DNA from: Flavobacteriales bacterium | Lineage (GTDB): Bacteria > Bacteroidota > Bacteroidia > Flavobacteriales_F > PHOS-HE28 | Direction: 5' to 3' | DNA length: 64,000 nucleotides | Assembly: GCA_044347005.1 (NCBI GenBank) | Contig: JBIIYD010000001.1 | Location: forward strand, 6,158-70,157 | In this document: positions 26,814-37,212 of the stretch, in pieces | How positions within the stretch are numbered: the first letter of the stretch is position 1 | Layout: each line of letters starts with the position of its first letter | Notes under the pieces: generated by a model | Told to the model about the DNA's origin: nothing | Database searches by the model: none | What the model saw: only the letters and a program-made list of their open reading frames with translations | Translations under genes and position numbers: made by a program

Positions 26814-27203
26814 TTAGATGGGCAGCAGGATCACCTTCTCCTTGTTTTCCTCCTCTTCCAGGATCTTGATGATGCCCGCACCGGCAAGGGTGTCCTTGGT
26901 GGCGAGGATATCCAGCACCGCGAACCCGGCCTGTCCTTGCTTGTAGAAGTCGGTGTAGTCGAACTCCACCTGGCCCGCCGAGTTGGTGACGCCCTCCTTG
27001 TTCAGCCGGGTCGGGTCGCCCAAGGGGAAGGAAGGGTTCGCGTACAGCTTCACCGTAACACCGGGAACCACCTGATCCGCCTGGTTCTTAACGATGATGA
27101 TCGCTGTGGTGGGCTTCTCCTTGTTGCATGCGGCGAACACAACGGCCGATAAGGCAACGACCACGGTGTTGACAAGGATGCGGCGGATCACGGGTAGGGA
27201 CAT
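26814..27203 (-). CDS. Hypothetical lipoprotein
   Basis: Signal peptide plus lipobox VFAAC. Confidence 0.5.
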   Translation of the reverse strand: MSLPVIRRILVNTVVVALSAVVFAACNKEKPTTAIIIVKNQADQVVPGVTVKLYANPSFPLGDPTRLNKEGVTNSAGQVEFDYTDFYKQGQAGFAVLDILATKDTLAGAGIIKILEEEENKEKVILLPI

Positions 27204-27263
27204 TGGGTTACTTTTGAGGCCCTGTTGAAAAGCGGTATTCAGCCCTCCAACAATGGGTTCCGG

Positions 27264-27983
27264 ATGTCAAATGTAATCAAGCGCGGTACTTCCAAGCAAT
27301 GCTGGCCGGCGATGCTGCTGGCCCTTTGCATGTGCGCTTCGTCCACGATGCTACAGGCCCAGGCCCCGGCAGGGGGTAAGCGGCCCTTGGTGGAAGTGCG
27401 TACCGAGGTGGGAACACTGGTGATCGCCCTGCACAACGAAACACCCGTGCACCGCGACAACTTCCTGAAGCTGGTGCGGGAAGGCGCATACGACGGATTG
27501 CTCTTTCACCGTGTGATGCAAGGCTTCATGGTACAAGGCGGCGACCCCGATAGCCGGGAACCCGCCGCAGGGGCCATGCTGGGTACCGGCGATCCCGGCT
27601 ACACCTTGCCGGCCGAGATCGTGCCCGGCCTGGTGCACACCCGTGGAAGCGTGGCCGCTGCCCGGCAGGGCGATAGCGTGAACCCGGACAAGCGGTCCAA
27701 CGGCATGCAGTTCTACATCGTACTGGGACGCACTTACGAAAAGGAGGACCTTGACCGCATGGTACAGCGCGCCCTGCAATACGGCGATACCGTGGTGTAC
27801 ACCGAGGCCAATGTGAACGACTACGCGCGTGAGGGCGGAGCGCCACAACTCGATGGGGCCTATACCGTATTCGGCGAAGTGGTCGACGGTCACGAAGTGA
27901 TCGATGCACTGGCCGCCGTGGCCTGCAACGCGCAGGACCGCCCCTTGAAAGACATACGAATGTTCATGCGCATCTTGGAATGA
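27264..27983 (+). CDS. Cyclophilin-type peptidyl-prolyl cis-trans isomerase (secreted)
   Basis: FHRVMQGFMVQGGDP and signal peptide. Confidence 0.85.
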   Translation: MSNVIKRGTSKQCWPAMLLALCMCASSTMLQAQAPAGGKRPLVEVRTEVGTLVIALHNETPVHRDNFLKLVREGAYDGLLFHRVMQGFMVQGGDPDSREPAAGAMLGTGDPGYTLPAEIVPGLVHTRGSVAAARQGDSVNPDKRSNGMQFYIVLGRTYEKEDLDRMVQRALQYGDTVVYTEANVNDYAREGGAPQLDGAYTVFGEVVDGHEVIDALAAVACNAQDRPLKDIRMFMRILE

Positions 27984-29044
27984 GCTTGTTGGAACGCATC
28001 GAGGCACTGGAAGCGGAAGTCGCTGCCGCAACAGCCGGAAACCCGGAAGAGGTGGAACGCATCAGGTTGGCCCTGCTGGGGCGCAACGGCTCCATCACGG
28101 CCTTGTTCGAGGATTTCAAGCAAGTGCCACCGGAGCAGAAGCGCGCCCTGGGGCAACGCATGAACGTGCTGAAGCAAGCCGCGCAGGGCCGGGTGGACGA
28201 GCTGAAAGCCGCTGCCGACCAAGGTGGTGCCAACGGATCCGGACCGTCCCTGGACGGCAGCATGCCCGGCATAACGAGCCACACCGGCAGCCTGCATCCG
28301 ATCACCATCGTGCGGCAACGCATCGTGGAGATCTTCGCACGCATCGGTTACACGGTGAGCCAGGGTCCCGAGGTGGAGGACGACCACCACAACTTCAGCG
28401 CGCTCAACTTCCCCCCGGACCACCCTGCCCGCGACATGCAGGACACGTTCTTCGTTCGCTCGAACAACGACGAACGAACAACGAACAACGAACAACTCGC
28501 CCTCCGCACCCACACCAGCAGCGTGCAGGTCCGTGTGATGGAAAGCGGCAAGCCACCCTTTCGCACCATCAGCCCGGGGCGCGTGTACCGCAACGAGGCC
28601 ATCAGTGCCCGTGCCCACTGCATGTTCCACCAGGTGGAAGCCCTGTACGTGGACAAGAACGTGAGCTTCGCCGAGTTGAAAGGAACGCTGGACTACTTTA
28701 CCAAGAGCCTCTTCGGACCGGAGGTATCGATCCGCATGCGGCCCAGCTACTTCCCGTTCACCGAACCCAGCGCCGAGGTGGACATGAGCTGCACCATCTG
28801 CGGCGGTCCCGGCTGCAACGTGTGCAAACACAGCGGCTGGGTGGAGATCATGGGCTGCGGCATGGTGGACCCGGCCGTGCTCTCCAACTGCGGCATCGAC
28901 CCCGATGTGTACAGTGGCTTCGCGCTCGGCATGGGCGTGGAACGTATCGCGCAATTGCTCTACCGGGTGCCCGACCTGCGGCTCTATTGGGAGAACGACG
29001 TTCGTTTCCTCGACCAGTTCACGGCCGGTACGTTCAGGAATTGA
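27980..29044 (+). CDS. pheS: Phenylalanine--tRNA ligase alpha subunit
   Basis: Class II motifs. Contains an unusual in-frame insertion SNNDERTTNNEQ encoded by ACGAACA repeats. Confidence 0.95.
   Translation: MSLLERIEALEAEVAAATAGNPEEVERIRLALLGRNGSITALFEDFKQVPPEQKRALGQRMNVLKQAAQGRVDELKAAADQGGANGSGPSLDGSMPGITSHTGSLHPITIVRQRIVEIFARIGYTVSQGPEVEDDHHNFSALNFPPDHPARDMQDTFFVRSNNDERTTNNEQLALRTHTSSVQVRVMESGKPPFRTISPGRVYRNEAISARAHCMFHQVEALYVDKNVSFAELKGTLDYFTKSLFGPEVSIRMRPSYFPFTEPSAEVDMSCTICGGPGCNVCKHSGWVEIMGCGMVDPAVLSNCGIDPDVYSGFALGMGVERIAQLLYRVPDLRLYWENDVRFLDQFTAGTFRN
28461..28496 (+). repeat. Heptanucleotide microsatellite (ACGAACA-like units) inside the pheS coding sequence
   Basis: cgaacaacgacgaacgaacaacgaacaacgaacaa. 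Confidence 0.8.
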
Positions 29045-29119
29045 ACATTTGGGCCATGTTCTGCGCAGCGCTGACCTTGCCCTTCTACCATTTGCCGCTT
29101 GCCGGTCGGTGCACCCAGG

Positions 29120-30403
29120 ATGAGTGCCCTGCATAGCCCCGTCCTGATCATCGGTGGCGGTCCGGGTGGCTGTGCCGCAGCGCTGCAGCTCGCCAAACGC
29201 GGCGTGCCTGCCGTGCTCGTGGAGAAGGCGGTATTCCCACGCGATAAGGTGTGCGGCGATGCCCTCAGCGGCAAGGTGATGCGCACCTTGGAAAGGCTCG
29301 ACCCTGTGCTGGCGGCCCAGGTGAATTCCGATGCCCACCGCATGCCCAGTTGGGGCGTGGTGTTCGTGGCACCCGGCGGCAAGGCCTTGCGCGTTCCATT
29401 CAGCCGCGAGACCGGCATCGGCGAAGCACCCGGAGCCATCCTCCCGCGCCTGGACTTCGACAACATCCTGTTCCAGAAAGCGAAGGTGACACCAGGCATC
29501 ACCGTCCTGGAAGGCATCGTTGCCAAGACCTTCGAGCGCACCAAGGGTGGTTGGCTGGTAACGTTGGAAGGTGGCGATCGAGCATCGAACATCGGTCAAC
29601 GAACGATATCCAGTCCCCTCGTCCTCGATGCCAGCGGTGCCAACTCGCACTTCGCACGCCACGTGGCCGGGCTGGGCTTGGAGCCGCGCCACCATGCGGC
29701 CGGTGTGCGCGCGTACTACACGGGTGTGAAGGAACTGGACCAGCAGGGCTTCATCGAGCTGATCTTCCTGAAGGAACTGCTGCCCGGCTACCTCTGGGTG
29801 TTCCCGCTGCCCGATGGACGCGCCAATGTTGGCCTTGGGCTGCGCAGCGATGTGGTGAAGAAACGGCGCGTGGACCTGAAGGCGGTCCTACTGCAACTGC
29901 TCGCCGAGCACCCGGCGCTGAAGGAGCGCTTCGCCCACGCCACCCTGGATGGTCCTGTGCAAGGCATGGGCTTACCGCTTGCCAGCAAGCGCCGCAAACT
30001 CAGCGGCGATGGCTACCTGCTGATCGGCGATGCCGGGCACCTCATCGACCCCTTCACGGGCGAAGGCATCAGCCATGCGATGATCAGCGGAGTACATGCA
30101 GCGGATGTTGCTTGCGAAGCATTGGAAAGAACATCACAGCAAAGCGTTGTCCCGCACTCCCTTCTCCGCGACTACGACGCCCGGGTCTGGCGCCGCCTTG
30201 GTCAGGAGCTCGCGATAAGCACCCGCCTGCAACAGCTCGCCGACAAGCCCTGGCTTTTCGACTTCGTGGTGGATCGAGCTACGAAGAACCCCGCGCTTGC
30301 GGACACGATCAGTAGCATGTTCACCGACCTGGACCTGCGGGCGAAGCTGAAGAAGCCGGGCTTCTACATGGACCTGGTGTTGGGGCGCAAGCTCAGTGCT
30401 TGA
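29120..30403 (+). CDS. FAD-dependent oxidoreductase of the geranylgeranyl reductase family
   Basis: VLIIGGGPGGCAAA...GDALSG. GGR-family length and motifs. Confidence 0.8.
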   Translation: MSALHSPVLIIGGGPGGCAAALQLAKRGVPAVLVEKAVFPRDKVCGDALSGKVMRTLERLDPVLAAQVNSDAHRMPSWGVVFVAPGGKALRVPFSRETGIGEAPGAILPRLDFDNILFQKAKVTPGITVLEGIVAKTFERTKGGWLVTLEGGDRASNIGQRTISSPLVLDASGANSHFARHVAGLGLEPRHHAAGVRAYYTGVKELDQQGFIELIFLKELLPGYLWVFPLPDGRANVGLGLRSDVVKKRRVDLKAVLLQLLAEHPALKERFAHATLDGPVQGMGLPLASKRRKLSGDGYLLIGDAGHLIDPFTGEGISHAMISGVHAADVACEALERTSQQSVVPHSLLRDYDARVWRRLGQELAISTRLQQLADKPWLFDFVVDRATKNPALADTISSMFTDLDLRAKLKKPGFYMDLVLGRKLSA

Positions 30404-30445
30404 TCGTTCGGGCCGAACGGTTTCCAGCACTTACGTGCAACAGGG

Positions 30446-31390
30446 CTACTGGACCGGAGAATCCACCAAGCGGATCGAGATCGCGTGATGGTCCGATAAG
30501 TGCTCGTGCTTGGGCGACCAGGGCGATGTGATGAAATGGAGCACCCATTCAACGGTGAGCTTCAAGTTGCTGTCGCGGCGCTCGGGCTCACGCACCAAGG
30601 CATGGTCCAGGAGCTTGATGTCGCCCCTGCTGCGCTTGTTCACCAAGGTGTTGAACGGACCGCCCCAGGTCGAAAAAGGCATGCCCGCACGCTCCGACTT
30701 TTCCGAGCGGCACATCACGCCATCCCTTGCCTTCAGCACATCCAGCATGGCCTCGTAGGCCTCCACGTCCTGCTGATCGGTGTTGAGGTCGCCGGCCACC
30801 ACCTGCCGCACACCGGGTCGGGCATGCGCTTCCAGCAGGTCCAGGATCTGCCGGTACTGACGCTCGCGCACCGCTTGCTGCCGGGGGCCTTTTGTGGACT
30901 GCAAATGGGTGTTCACCACCTGGGTGGTTCGTTCGCCTTGGGTAAGTTCAACGAGTACCGCACCCTTGGCCGCACGACGGTCGATGCCCATGCTGGCAAC
31001 GAAGGTGATCGCCTCCACATTGTCGATCGGGATGCGGCTCAGCACCCAAAGCCCGCTGTTGAAGAGGCGTCCGTTCCCGACCGGCAGCACCTCGTAGGGA
31101 TAGGCTCCGTCCAAGGCTTTACGGAGGATCTTCCGGCTCTTCCGACCAAAAGCCTCCTGGAAGAGCAGGACATCGTGGTCCGAGCACTTCAGTATTTCCC
31201 CGATGTGCCTGGCCCGCTTCAGTTGCCCGTTCCAGAAAAGCGCCGCCGGGCGCATGTAGATGTTCCAACAGAGCACGTCCAGGCTTTGCGCGGGTGCATC
31301 ATCCTGGGCCCGCAACGGGGAGCCCCCGATGAGGAGGACGCCCAGGACGACCATTGTCGCGATTTGCCTCGATGCAGCTTTCGTGCCCAT
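30446..31390 (-). CDS. Endonuclease/exonuclease/phosphatase (EEP) family protein, secreted
   Basis: LCWNIYMRP...LLFQEAF...DHHAI (EEP catalytic residues). Confidence 0.7.
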   Translation of the reverse strand: MGTKAASRQIATMVVLGVLLIGGSPLRAQDDAPAQSLDVLCWNIYMRPAALFWNGQLKRARHIGEILKCSDHDVLLFQEAFGRKSRKILRKALDGAYPYEVLPVGNGRLFNSGLWVLSRIPIDNVEAITFVASMGIDRRAAKGAVLVELTQGERTTQVVNTHLQSTKGPRQQAVRERQYRQILDLLEAHARPGVRQVVAGDLNTDQQDVEAYEAMLDVLKARDGVMCRSEKSERAGMPFSTWGGPFNTLVNKRSRGDIKLLDHALVREPERRDSNLKLTVEWVLHFITSPWSPKHEHLSDHHAISIRLVDSPVQ

Positions 31391-31587
31391 GCCTTTCGTG
31401 CGTTCAGCCTCCCGTTCAACGACAGAGTGCCTCGATCGTCCGCGCGATCGGGCCGAAGGGCATCTACCGGTCTGCCCGGATTGAACCACCTGCCGTGCGC
31501 GTCTCCAGAGCCTCCAATATAGGGTGTAACGCGTTCTGTCTGCGGATGTTCCTTAGGAGCGGCCGCACAAGACCCCAGTGAGCCTTT

Positions 31588-33009
31588 TCAAGCCGGGCTC
31601 AACTTCATCATGTTCGCCATGCCCTGCTCGGCGATCGGCATGCTGGCGATGTTCACCACCAGGTCCCCTTTCTGCACATGCTCCTTGCGCCGCAGGATGT
31701 GCTTGATGTCGGCAATGGTGTGGTCCGTGCTCACGGTCTTGTCGTAATACTCGGCACGCACCCCCCAGACCAGATTGAGCATGGTGAGCAAGCGCTTGTT
31801 GCTGGTGAAGGCGAAGATGTGCGCCTTGGGTCGCATGCTGCTGATCTTGAACGCGGTGTAGCCACTGTGCGTCATGGTCACAATAGCCTTGATGTCGATG
31901 GCGGCGGCCATGCGCACACTGGCCATGCAGATCGAATCGGTCACCATGCGTTCGTCCTGCCCCAACTCGGGCTCAGGCACGTTGTACATGGTCTCGCTCT
32001 TCTCCATTTCGCGCAGGATCTTGTTCATGGCCTTCACCACTTCCACGGGGAACTTGCCCACGCTGGTCTCTGCGCTCAACATCACGGCATCGGCATGGTC
32101 GAGCACGGCGTTGGCCACGTCGTTCACCTCTGCCCGTGTGGGGGTGATGTTGGTGATCATGCTCTCCATCATCTGCGTGGCCACGATCACCGGGCGATGC
32201 TGGGCAAGGCAGCGGCGAATGATGTCCTTCTGCACCAAAGGCACCTGCTCCATGGGGATCTCCACGCCAAGGTCGCCCCGCGCGACCATGAGCGCATCGC
32301 TCTCGCGGATGATCTCATCGATCTCCAGCAGCGCTTCGGGCTTCTCGATCTTGGCCACCACACGCGCGTGCTTCTCGCGCTCGTAGATGATGTGCTTCAG
32401 TTCGATGATGTCGCGGGCACTGCGTACAAAGCTCAGTCCCACCCAATCCACATCGTGCTCCAAAGCGAACTCCAGGTCCACCTTGTCCTTCTCGGTCAAG
32501 CAGGGCAGGCTGATCTTGGTATTGGGCAGGTTGAGACCCTTGTTGGAACTGAGCATGCCCCCGTGTACGACCTTGGTGGTCACCGTGGTCTTTCCATCGG
32601 TGGCCGTCACTTGTAGCTTCAGCTTGCCATCGTCCAGCAATACCAGTTCGCCCTTCTTGATGTCCTTGGGGAACTGTTGGTAGGTGGTGCTAACGATGCC
32701 GGGGCGTCCTTTCACGGGATCGGTGGTGATCACCAGTTCGGCACCTTCCACCAGTTCGATGGGGCCGTCCTCCATTTCGCCCACCCGCATCTTGGGTCCC
32801 TGCAGGTCTGCCAGGATGGCCGTGGTCAGGTCGAGCTCCTCGTTCAGCTCGCGAATGGTGCGGATGAGTTCGGCATAGAAAGCGTGGTTGCCATGGCTGA
32901 AGTTCAGGCGGCATACGTCCATGCCTTCGAGCATGAGGGCACGCAGTACTTCCTTGGATGATGAAGCGGGTCCGATGGTGGCGACGATCTTGGTCTTCGG
33001 GTCGGTCAT
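31588..33009 (-). CDS. pyk: Pyruvate kinase
   Basis: MTDPKTKIVATIGPAS...MVARGDLGVEIP. Confidence 0.95.
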   Translation of the reverse strand: MTDPKTKIVATIGPASSSKEVLRALMLEGMDVCRLNFSHGNHAFYAELIRTIRELNEELDLTTAILADLQGPKMRVGEMEDGPIELVEGAELVITTDPVKGRPGIVSTTYQQFPKDIKKGELVLLDDGKLKLQVTATDGKTTVTTKVVHGGMLSSNKGLNLPNTKISLPCLTEKDKVDLEFALEHDVDWVGLSFVRSARDIIELKHIIYEREKHARVVAKIEKPEALLEIDEIIRESDALMVARGDLGVEIPMEQVPLVQKDIIRRCLAQHRPVIVATQMMESMITNITPTRAEVNDVANAVLDHADAVMLSAETSVGKFPVEVVKAMNKILREMEKSETMYNVPEPELGQDERMVTDSICMASVRMAAAIDIKAIVTMTHSGYTAFKISSMRPKAHIFAFTSNKRLLTMLNLVWGVRAEYYDKTVSTDHTIADIKHILRRKEHVQKGDLVVNIASMPIAEQGMANMMKLSPA

Positions 33010-33428
33010 GTGAGGTCTGAAAGGAGTTTGTGCCCGGTGCGGATACGCTCGAAAGGCAGGGGAAAAGCTGTGAGTACGAATTCCGAACGGCGCACCCGAT
33101 CGATCAGGTCGGGGTCACGCTCGGCCAGGGCATTGTCCACCACGAGAAAATAATCGGCCTGGCGTTGGTCGCGGATCAGGACACCATCGCTGCCGTGGTT
33201 GTTCACCAGCAAATAACGGCCCTCCTGCCCGGGCTCCTCGTGGCTGAACACGGTGAAGCGGGTGGTGCGGCCTTGCACCTCTTCGGTGATGTCACCGTTG
33301 CAACGGCTCAATTCCAGACCCATGGACCTGTTGAGCGACCAGCAGAGGCGGTAATCGTTCACGTGGCTGCTGATCCCGATAACGGTCACTTCGGGGTCGG
33401 GGTCCAGATCGAGCTTGAGCTTGGCCAT
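33006..33428 (-). CDS. IPExxxVZ-family protein (Bacteroidota-specific)
   Basis: MAKLKLDLDPD...VIGISSHVNDYRLCWSLN. Overlaps the pyk start. Confidence 0.6.
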   Translation of the reverse strand: MAKLKLDLDPDPEVTVIGISSHVNDYRLCWSLNRSMGLELSRCNGDITEEVQGRTTRFTVFSHEEPGQEGRYLLVNNHGSDGVLIRDQRQADYFLVVDNALAERDPDLIDRVRRSEFVLTAFPLPFERIRTGHKLLSDLT

Positions 33429-33515
33429 GTCGGGTCTTCGCATCCCATTCCGGGATCGCGTGACACGCCTCAAAGGTAGCCACGCCGCATGGCGCTCGGG
33501 AGCGTGACCAAAGGC

Positions 33516-34343
33516 TTAACGTTCGGCGCCCTCCGTTGCGCCGCCACCGCGCTTGGTGCGGTACCGGCGCGACCTCCCTCTCGCGGCGACAGCCTCGGTG
33601 GCCGGAGCAGGCGCTGGTGCGGCCTTGGGCTTGCGGCTGCGCATCCCCATGAACGCGCTTTGTGCGGCATCCTGTTCGGCGGCCTTCTTGCTGATGCCAC
33701 GGCCCGTGCCACGCACTGCGCCGTCGATGTGCACCTCGGCCATGTAGGTCTTTCCGCGGCCGTGGGCGTTCTCCTCGCGCACCACGAATTCCACTTTCCG
33801 CCGCCGTTTCTGGCCCCACTCCAGCAGGCGGCTCTTACCGTCCTTGTCCTCCTTGGCCACTTCTTCCAAGTCCACATGCGCCAGCAGGAGCTTCACCACC
33901 ACCTTGCGCGTGCGATCGAACCCTTTGTCCAGGAACAGCGCCCCGATCAGGGCTTCCAGGGCGTTGCCGGGCACCGACGATTCCTGGGTGCGCGCCACAT
34001 TGCTTTCCATGACCCGCTCGATCGCGATCCGTTTGGCCAGGCTGTTGAGCTGTGTGCGGCTCACCAGCTTGCTGCGCATGCGGGTCAGGAACCCTTCGCC
34101 TTTGTCCGGGTAGCGGTTGAAGAGCATTTCCCCGATGACTGCATCGAGGATGGCATCGCCCAGGAACTCCAGGCGCTCGTTGTCCGGCAGGTCGGGACGG
34201 TCATCGGCCACGGCACTGCTGTGCCGCAGGGCCTGGCGGTACAGGGGCAGATCGCCGGGCGTCAGGTGCAGGGTCTGCCGACACCATGCCCGTACCCGGC
34301 GTTCTTCGGGATCACGGGCGCGGCTGAACAGGCTGCGGAACAA
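33516..34343 (-). CDS. rnc: Ribonuclease III
   Basis: NERLEFLGDAILDAVIGEMLF (catalytic ERLEFLGD) plus C-terminal dsRBD and a basic tail. No in-frame ATG downstream of fabF; a TTG at 34343 is the likely start. Confidence 0.8.
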   Translation of the reverse strand: MFRSLFSRARDPEERRVRAWCRQTLHLTPGDLPLYRQALRHSSAVADDRPDLPDNERLEFLGDAILDAVIGEMLFNRYPDKGEGFLTRMRSKLVSRTQLNSLAKRIAIERVMESNVARTQESSVPGNALEALIGALFLDKGFDRTRKVVVKLLLAHVDLEEVAKEDKDGKSRLLEWGQKRRRKVEFVVREENAHGRGKTYMAEVHIDGAVRGTGRGISKKAAEQDAAQSAFMGMRSRKPKAAPAPAPATEAVAARGRSRRYRTKRGGGATEGAER

Positions 34344-34348
34344 GGGGA

Positions 34349-35599
34349 TCAGCTGTACTTGCGGAAGACCACCGAGGTGTTGTGCCCGCCGAATCCGAAC
34401 GTGTTGCTCAGGGCGGCGTTCACGGTGCGCTTCTGCGCTTGGTTGAACGTGAAGTTCAACTTCGGATCGATCTCGGGATCGTCCGTGAAATGGTTGATCG
34501 TAGGCGGCACCACCCCGGTGTGGATGGCCATGATGGCGGCCACTCCTTCCACAGCGCCCGCGCCGCCGAGCAAGTGCCCGGTCATGCTCTTGGTGGCGCT
34601 GATGTTGAGGTTGTAGGCATGTTCGCCGAAGAGGCGCTGGATGGCCTTCACCTCCTGCGGATCGCCGATGGGCGTGCTGGTGCCGTGGGTGTTGATGTAG
34701 TCGATCTCCGTGGGCGCGATGCCGGCATCCCGCAACGCGAACTTCATGCACAGCTCTGCTCCCAGCCCTTCGGGGTGCGGCGCTGTGATGTGGAAGGCAT
34801 CGCTGCTCATGCCACCGCCGATGACCTCGGCGTAGATCTTGGCACCGCGGGCCAGGGCATGTTCGAGGTCTTCGAGGATGAGGGCCGCACCGCCTTCGCC
34901 CAGCACGAATCCATCGCGGTCCTTGTCGTAGGGGCGCGATGCCGTTGCGGGATCGTCGTTGCGCGTGCTCATGGCGTGCAGGGCATTGAAGCCCCCGACA
35001 CCGGCCTCGTAGATCGCGGCCTCGCTACCTCCCGTTACCACGGCCACACAGGTGCCCAGGCGGATGTAGTTGAAGGCATCGATCATGGCGTTGTTGCTGC
35101 TGGCGCAAGCGCTGGCCGTGACGTAGCTGGGACCGTGCAGCACATGCCGCATGCTGATGAGGCCCGCCGCGCTGTCGGCGATCATCTTGGGGATGAAGAA
35201 GGGGTTGAAACGCGGGGTTCCATCGCCCTTGCCGAAGTTGATGCACTCGTCCTGGAAGGTCTTCAGTCCGCCGATGCCGCTGCCCCAGATAACGCCGATG
35301 CGTTCACGGTCGACCTTCTCCAGGTCGAGCCCCGAATCCTTCATGGCCTCGTCCGCGCACACCACAGCGAACTGGGTGTAGGGGTCCATCTTCCGCGCTT
35401 CCTTGCGGTCCATGAACGCCTCGGGGTCGAAGCCCTTCACCTCGCAGGCGAAACGGGTCTTGAACTTGGAAGCGTCGAAGCGGGTGATGGGCGCAGCGCC
35501 GCTGGTGCCACTTACCAACCCGTCCCAATACGCCTGAAGGGTATTGCCAAGGGGAGTAAGCGCACCCAGACCTGTAACGACGACGCGCCTGAGCTGCAT
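34349..35599 (-). CDS. fabF: Beta-ketoacyl-ACP synthase II
   Basis: Full-length KAS II, Cys-His-His triad context. Confidence 0.95.
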   Translation of the reverse strand: MQLRRVVVTGLGALTPLGNTLQAYWDGLVSGTSGAAPITRFDASKFKTRFACEVKGFDPEAFMDRKEARKMDPYTQFAVVCADEAMKDSGLDLEKVDRERIGVIWGSGIGGLKTFQDECINFGKGDGTPRFNPFFIPKMIADSAAGLISMRHVLHGPSYVTASACASSNNAMIDAFNYIRLGTCVAVVTGGSEAAIYEAGVGGFNALHAMSTRNDDPATASRPYDKDRDGFVLGEGGAALILEDLEHALARGAKIYAEVIGGGMSSDAFHITAPHPEGLGAELCMKFALRDAGIAPTEIDYINTHGTSTPIGDPQEVKAIQRLFGEHAYNLNISATKSMTGHLLGGAGAVEGVAAIMAIHTGVVPPTINHFTDDPEIDPKLNFTFNQAQKRTVNAALSNTFGFGGHNTSVVFRKYS

Positions 35600-35623
35600 C
35601 CGGTAGGTCCTCGCGGACCGGGT

Positions 35624-35860
35624 TTACTTCGCGTTCTTCTCGACGTAGTCCACAGCCTGACCCACGGTCTGGATCTTCTCGGCCTGGTCGTCGGGAATGG
35701 CGATGTTGAATTCCTTCTCGAACTCCATGATGAGTTCGACGGTATCGAGGCTGTCAGCGCCAAGGTCGTTCGTGAAGCTCGCCTCGGGCGTTACCTCGGC
35801 TTGGTCCACTCCGAGCTTGTCCACGATGATGGCGATGACCCTTGACTTGATATCCGACAT
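35624..35860 (-). CDS. acpP: Acyl carrier protein
   Basis: [12 protein letters not shown] (phosphopantetheine Ser). Confidence 0.9.
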   Translation of the reverse strand: MSDIKSRVIAIIVDKLGVDQAEVTPEASFTNDLGADSLDTVELIMEFEKEFNIAIPDDQAEKIQTVGQAVDYVEKNAK

Positions 35861-35924
35861 AGCAGTTCGTTGTTGGTTGAACAGGCTGCAAAGGAAAGAC
35901 ATTTTCCACTTGCACAACCCCGGG

Positions 35925-36596
35925 CTACAGGAACGGCACCAGGACCTGCCCCAGCGACTTGCGCCGCAGCGCGGGAACCGTGCACCCCGGCGCAGGCAAC
36001 CCCATGGGTATCAGCAGGAAAGGCCGCTCATTCTCCGGCCGGCCCAGCACTTGTGACAGAAAGTTCATGGGGCTTGGCGTGTGGGTCAAGGTGGCCAGGC
36101 CTGCGTTGTGGGCGGCCGCCAGCAACATGCCCGTTGCGATGCCCACGCTCTCCTGCACATAGTAGTTGGGATGTTTGCTGGCGTCCGCCTCGTATTCGTA
36201 GGCCCGTTTGAAGACCACCACCAGCCAGGGCGCGGTCTCCAGGAATGGCTTCTGCCAGTCGGTGGCGAAGGGCTTCAGGTCCTCCAGCCACTCTTCGCTC
36301 ATGCGCCCGCCGTAGTTGATGCGCTCCTCCTCCTCGGCCGCTTCGCGGATGCGGCGTTTCAGATCGGCATTGCCTACTACACAGAAGGTCCACGGTTGTT
36401 TGTGGGCGCCGCTGGGGGCCGTGCTGGCCGCGCGCACCACCTCGGCGATCACTTCGTAAGGAACCGGGTCGGCGCTGAAATGGCGCACACTGCGGCGCCG
36501 GTCCAACATGGCGTGGAACGCCTTGGCGCGATCGAGCATCTCCGCCTCCGGATAGCGCATGAAGTCGAAGGCGATGTGCGTGTGTTCTGCGTGCAT
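35925..36596 (-). CDS. Nitroreductase-family protein
   Basis: RRSVRHF...PSGAHKQPW (nitroreductase fold motifs). Confidence 0.75.
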   Translation of the reverse strand: MHAEHTHIAFDFMRYPEAEMLDRAKAFHAMLDRRRSVRHFSADPVPYEVIAEVVRAASTAPSGAHKQPWTFCVVGNADLKRRIREAAEEEERINYGGRMSEEWLEDLKPFATDWQKPFLETAPWLVVVFKRAYEYEADASKHPNYYVQESVGIATGMLLAAAHNAGLATLTHTPSPMNFLSQVLGRPENERPFLLIPMGLPAPGCTVPALRRKSLGQVLVPFL

Positions 36597-36636
36597 GGTT
36601 CCCGTGGATCAGGACGAAAGATCGCACCTTCGCAGC

Positions 36637-37197
36637 ATGAAGCGCATCGCCATCCTTGCAAGCGGCTCCGGCACCAACGCCCAGCGGCTGATGGAGCACT
36701 TCGCCGGAAGCAGCATTGCCGAGGTGGTGTTGATCGGCAGCGACCAGGCCACGGCCGGTGTGCTGCAACGCGCCTGGGATATGGGCGTGCCCAGCTACCT
36801 CTTCAACGGCGCACAACTGAAGGACGGCACCCTGCTCCGCGAGCTACAAGGCCAACGCATTGACCTGTTGGTACTGGCGGGTTTCATGCGCCTGATCCCT
36901 GCCGAGTTGGTGCAGGCCTTTCCGCAACGCATCCTCAACATACACCCCGCGCTGTTGCCCAAGTACGGCGGCAAGGGCATGTACGGCATGCACGTACACC
37001 GCGCGGTGATCGCTGCCGGCGAAAGCGAAAGCGGTATCACCATCCATTACGTGAACGAACGCTACGACGAGGGCGAACACCTCTTCCAAGCCAGCTGCCC
37101 CGTACTACCGGAGGACACGCCGGATAGCCTTGCGGAGCGGATCCATGGCTTGGAGCATGCGCATTATGCGCGGGTGGTGGAGAAGGTGGTGGCATAA
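36637..37197 (+). CDS. purN: Phosphoribosylglycinamide formyltransferase
   Basis: MKRIAILASGSGTN...ILNIHPALLP. Confidence 0.9.
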   Translation: MKRIAILASGSGTNAQRLMEHFAGSSIAEVVLIGSDQATAGVLQRAWDMGVPSYLFNGAQLKDGTLLRELQGQRIDLLVLAGFMRLIPAELVQAFPQRILNIHPALLPKYGGKGMYGMHVHRAVIAAGESESGITIHYVNERYDEGEHLFQASCPVLPEDTPDSLAERIHGLEHAHYARVVEKVVA

Positions 37198-37212
37198 GAT
37201 CCCTGAGCGACC

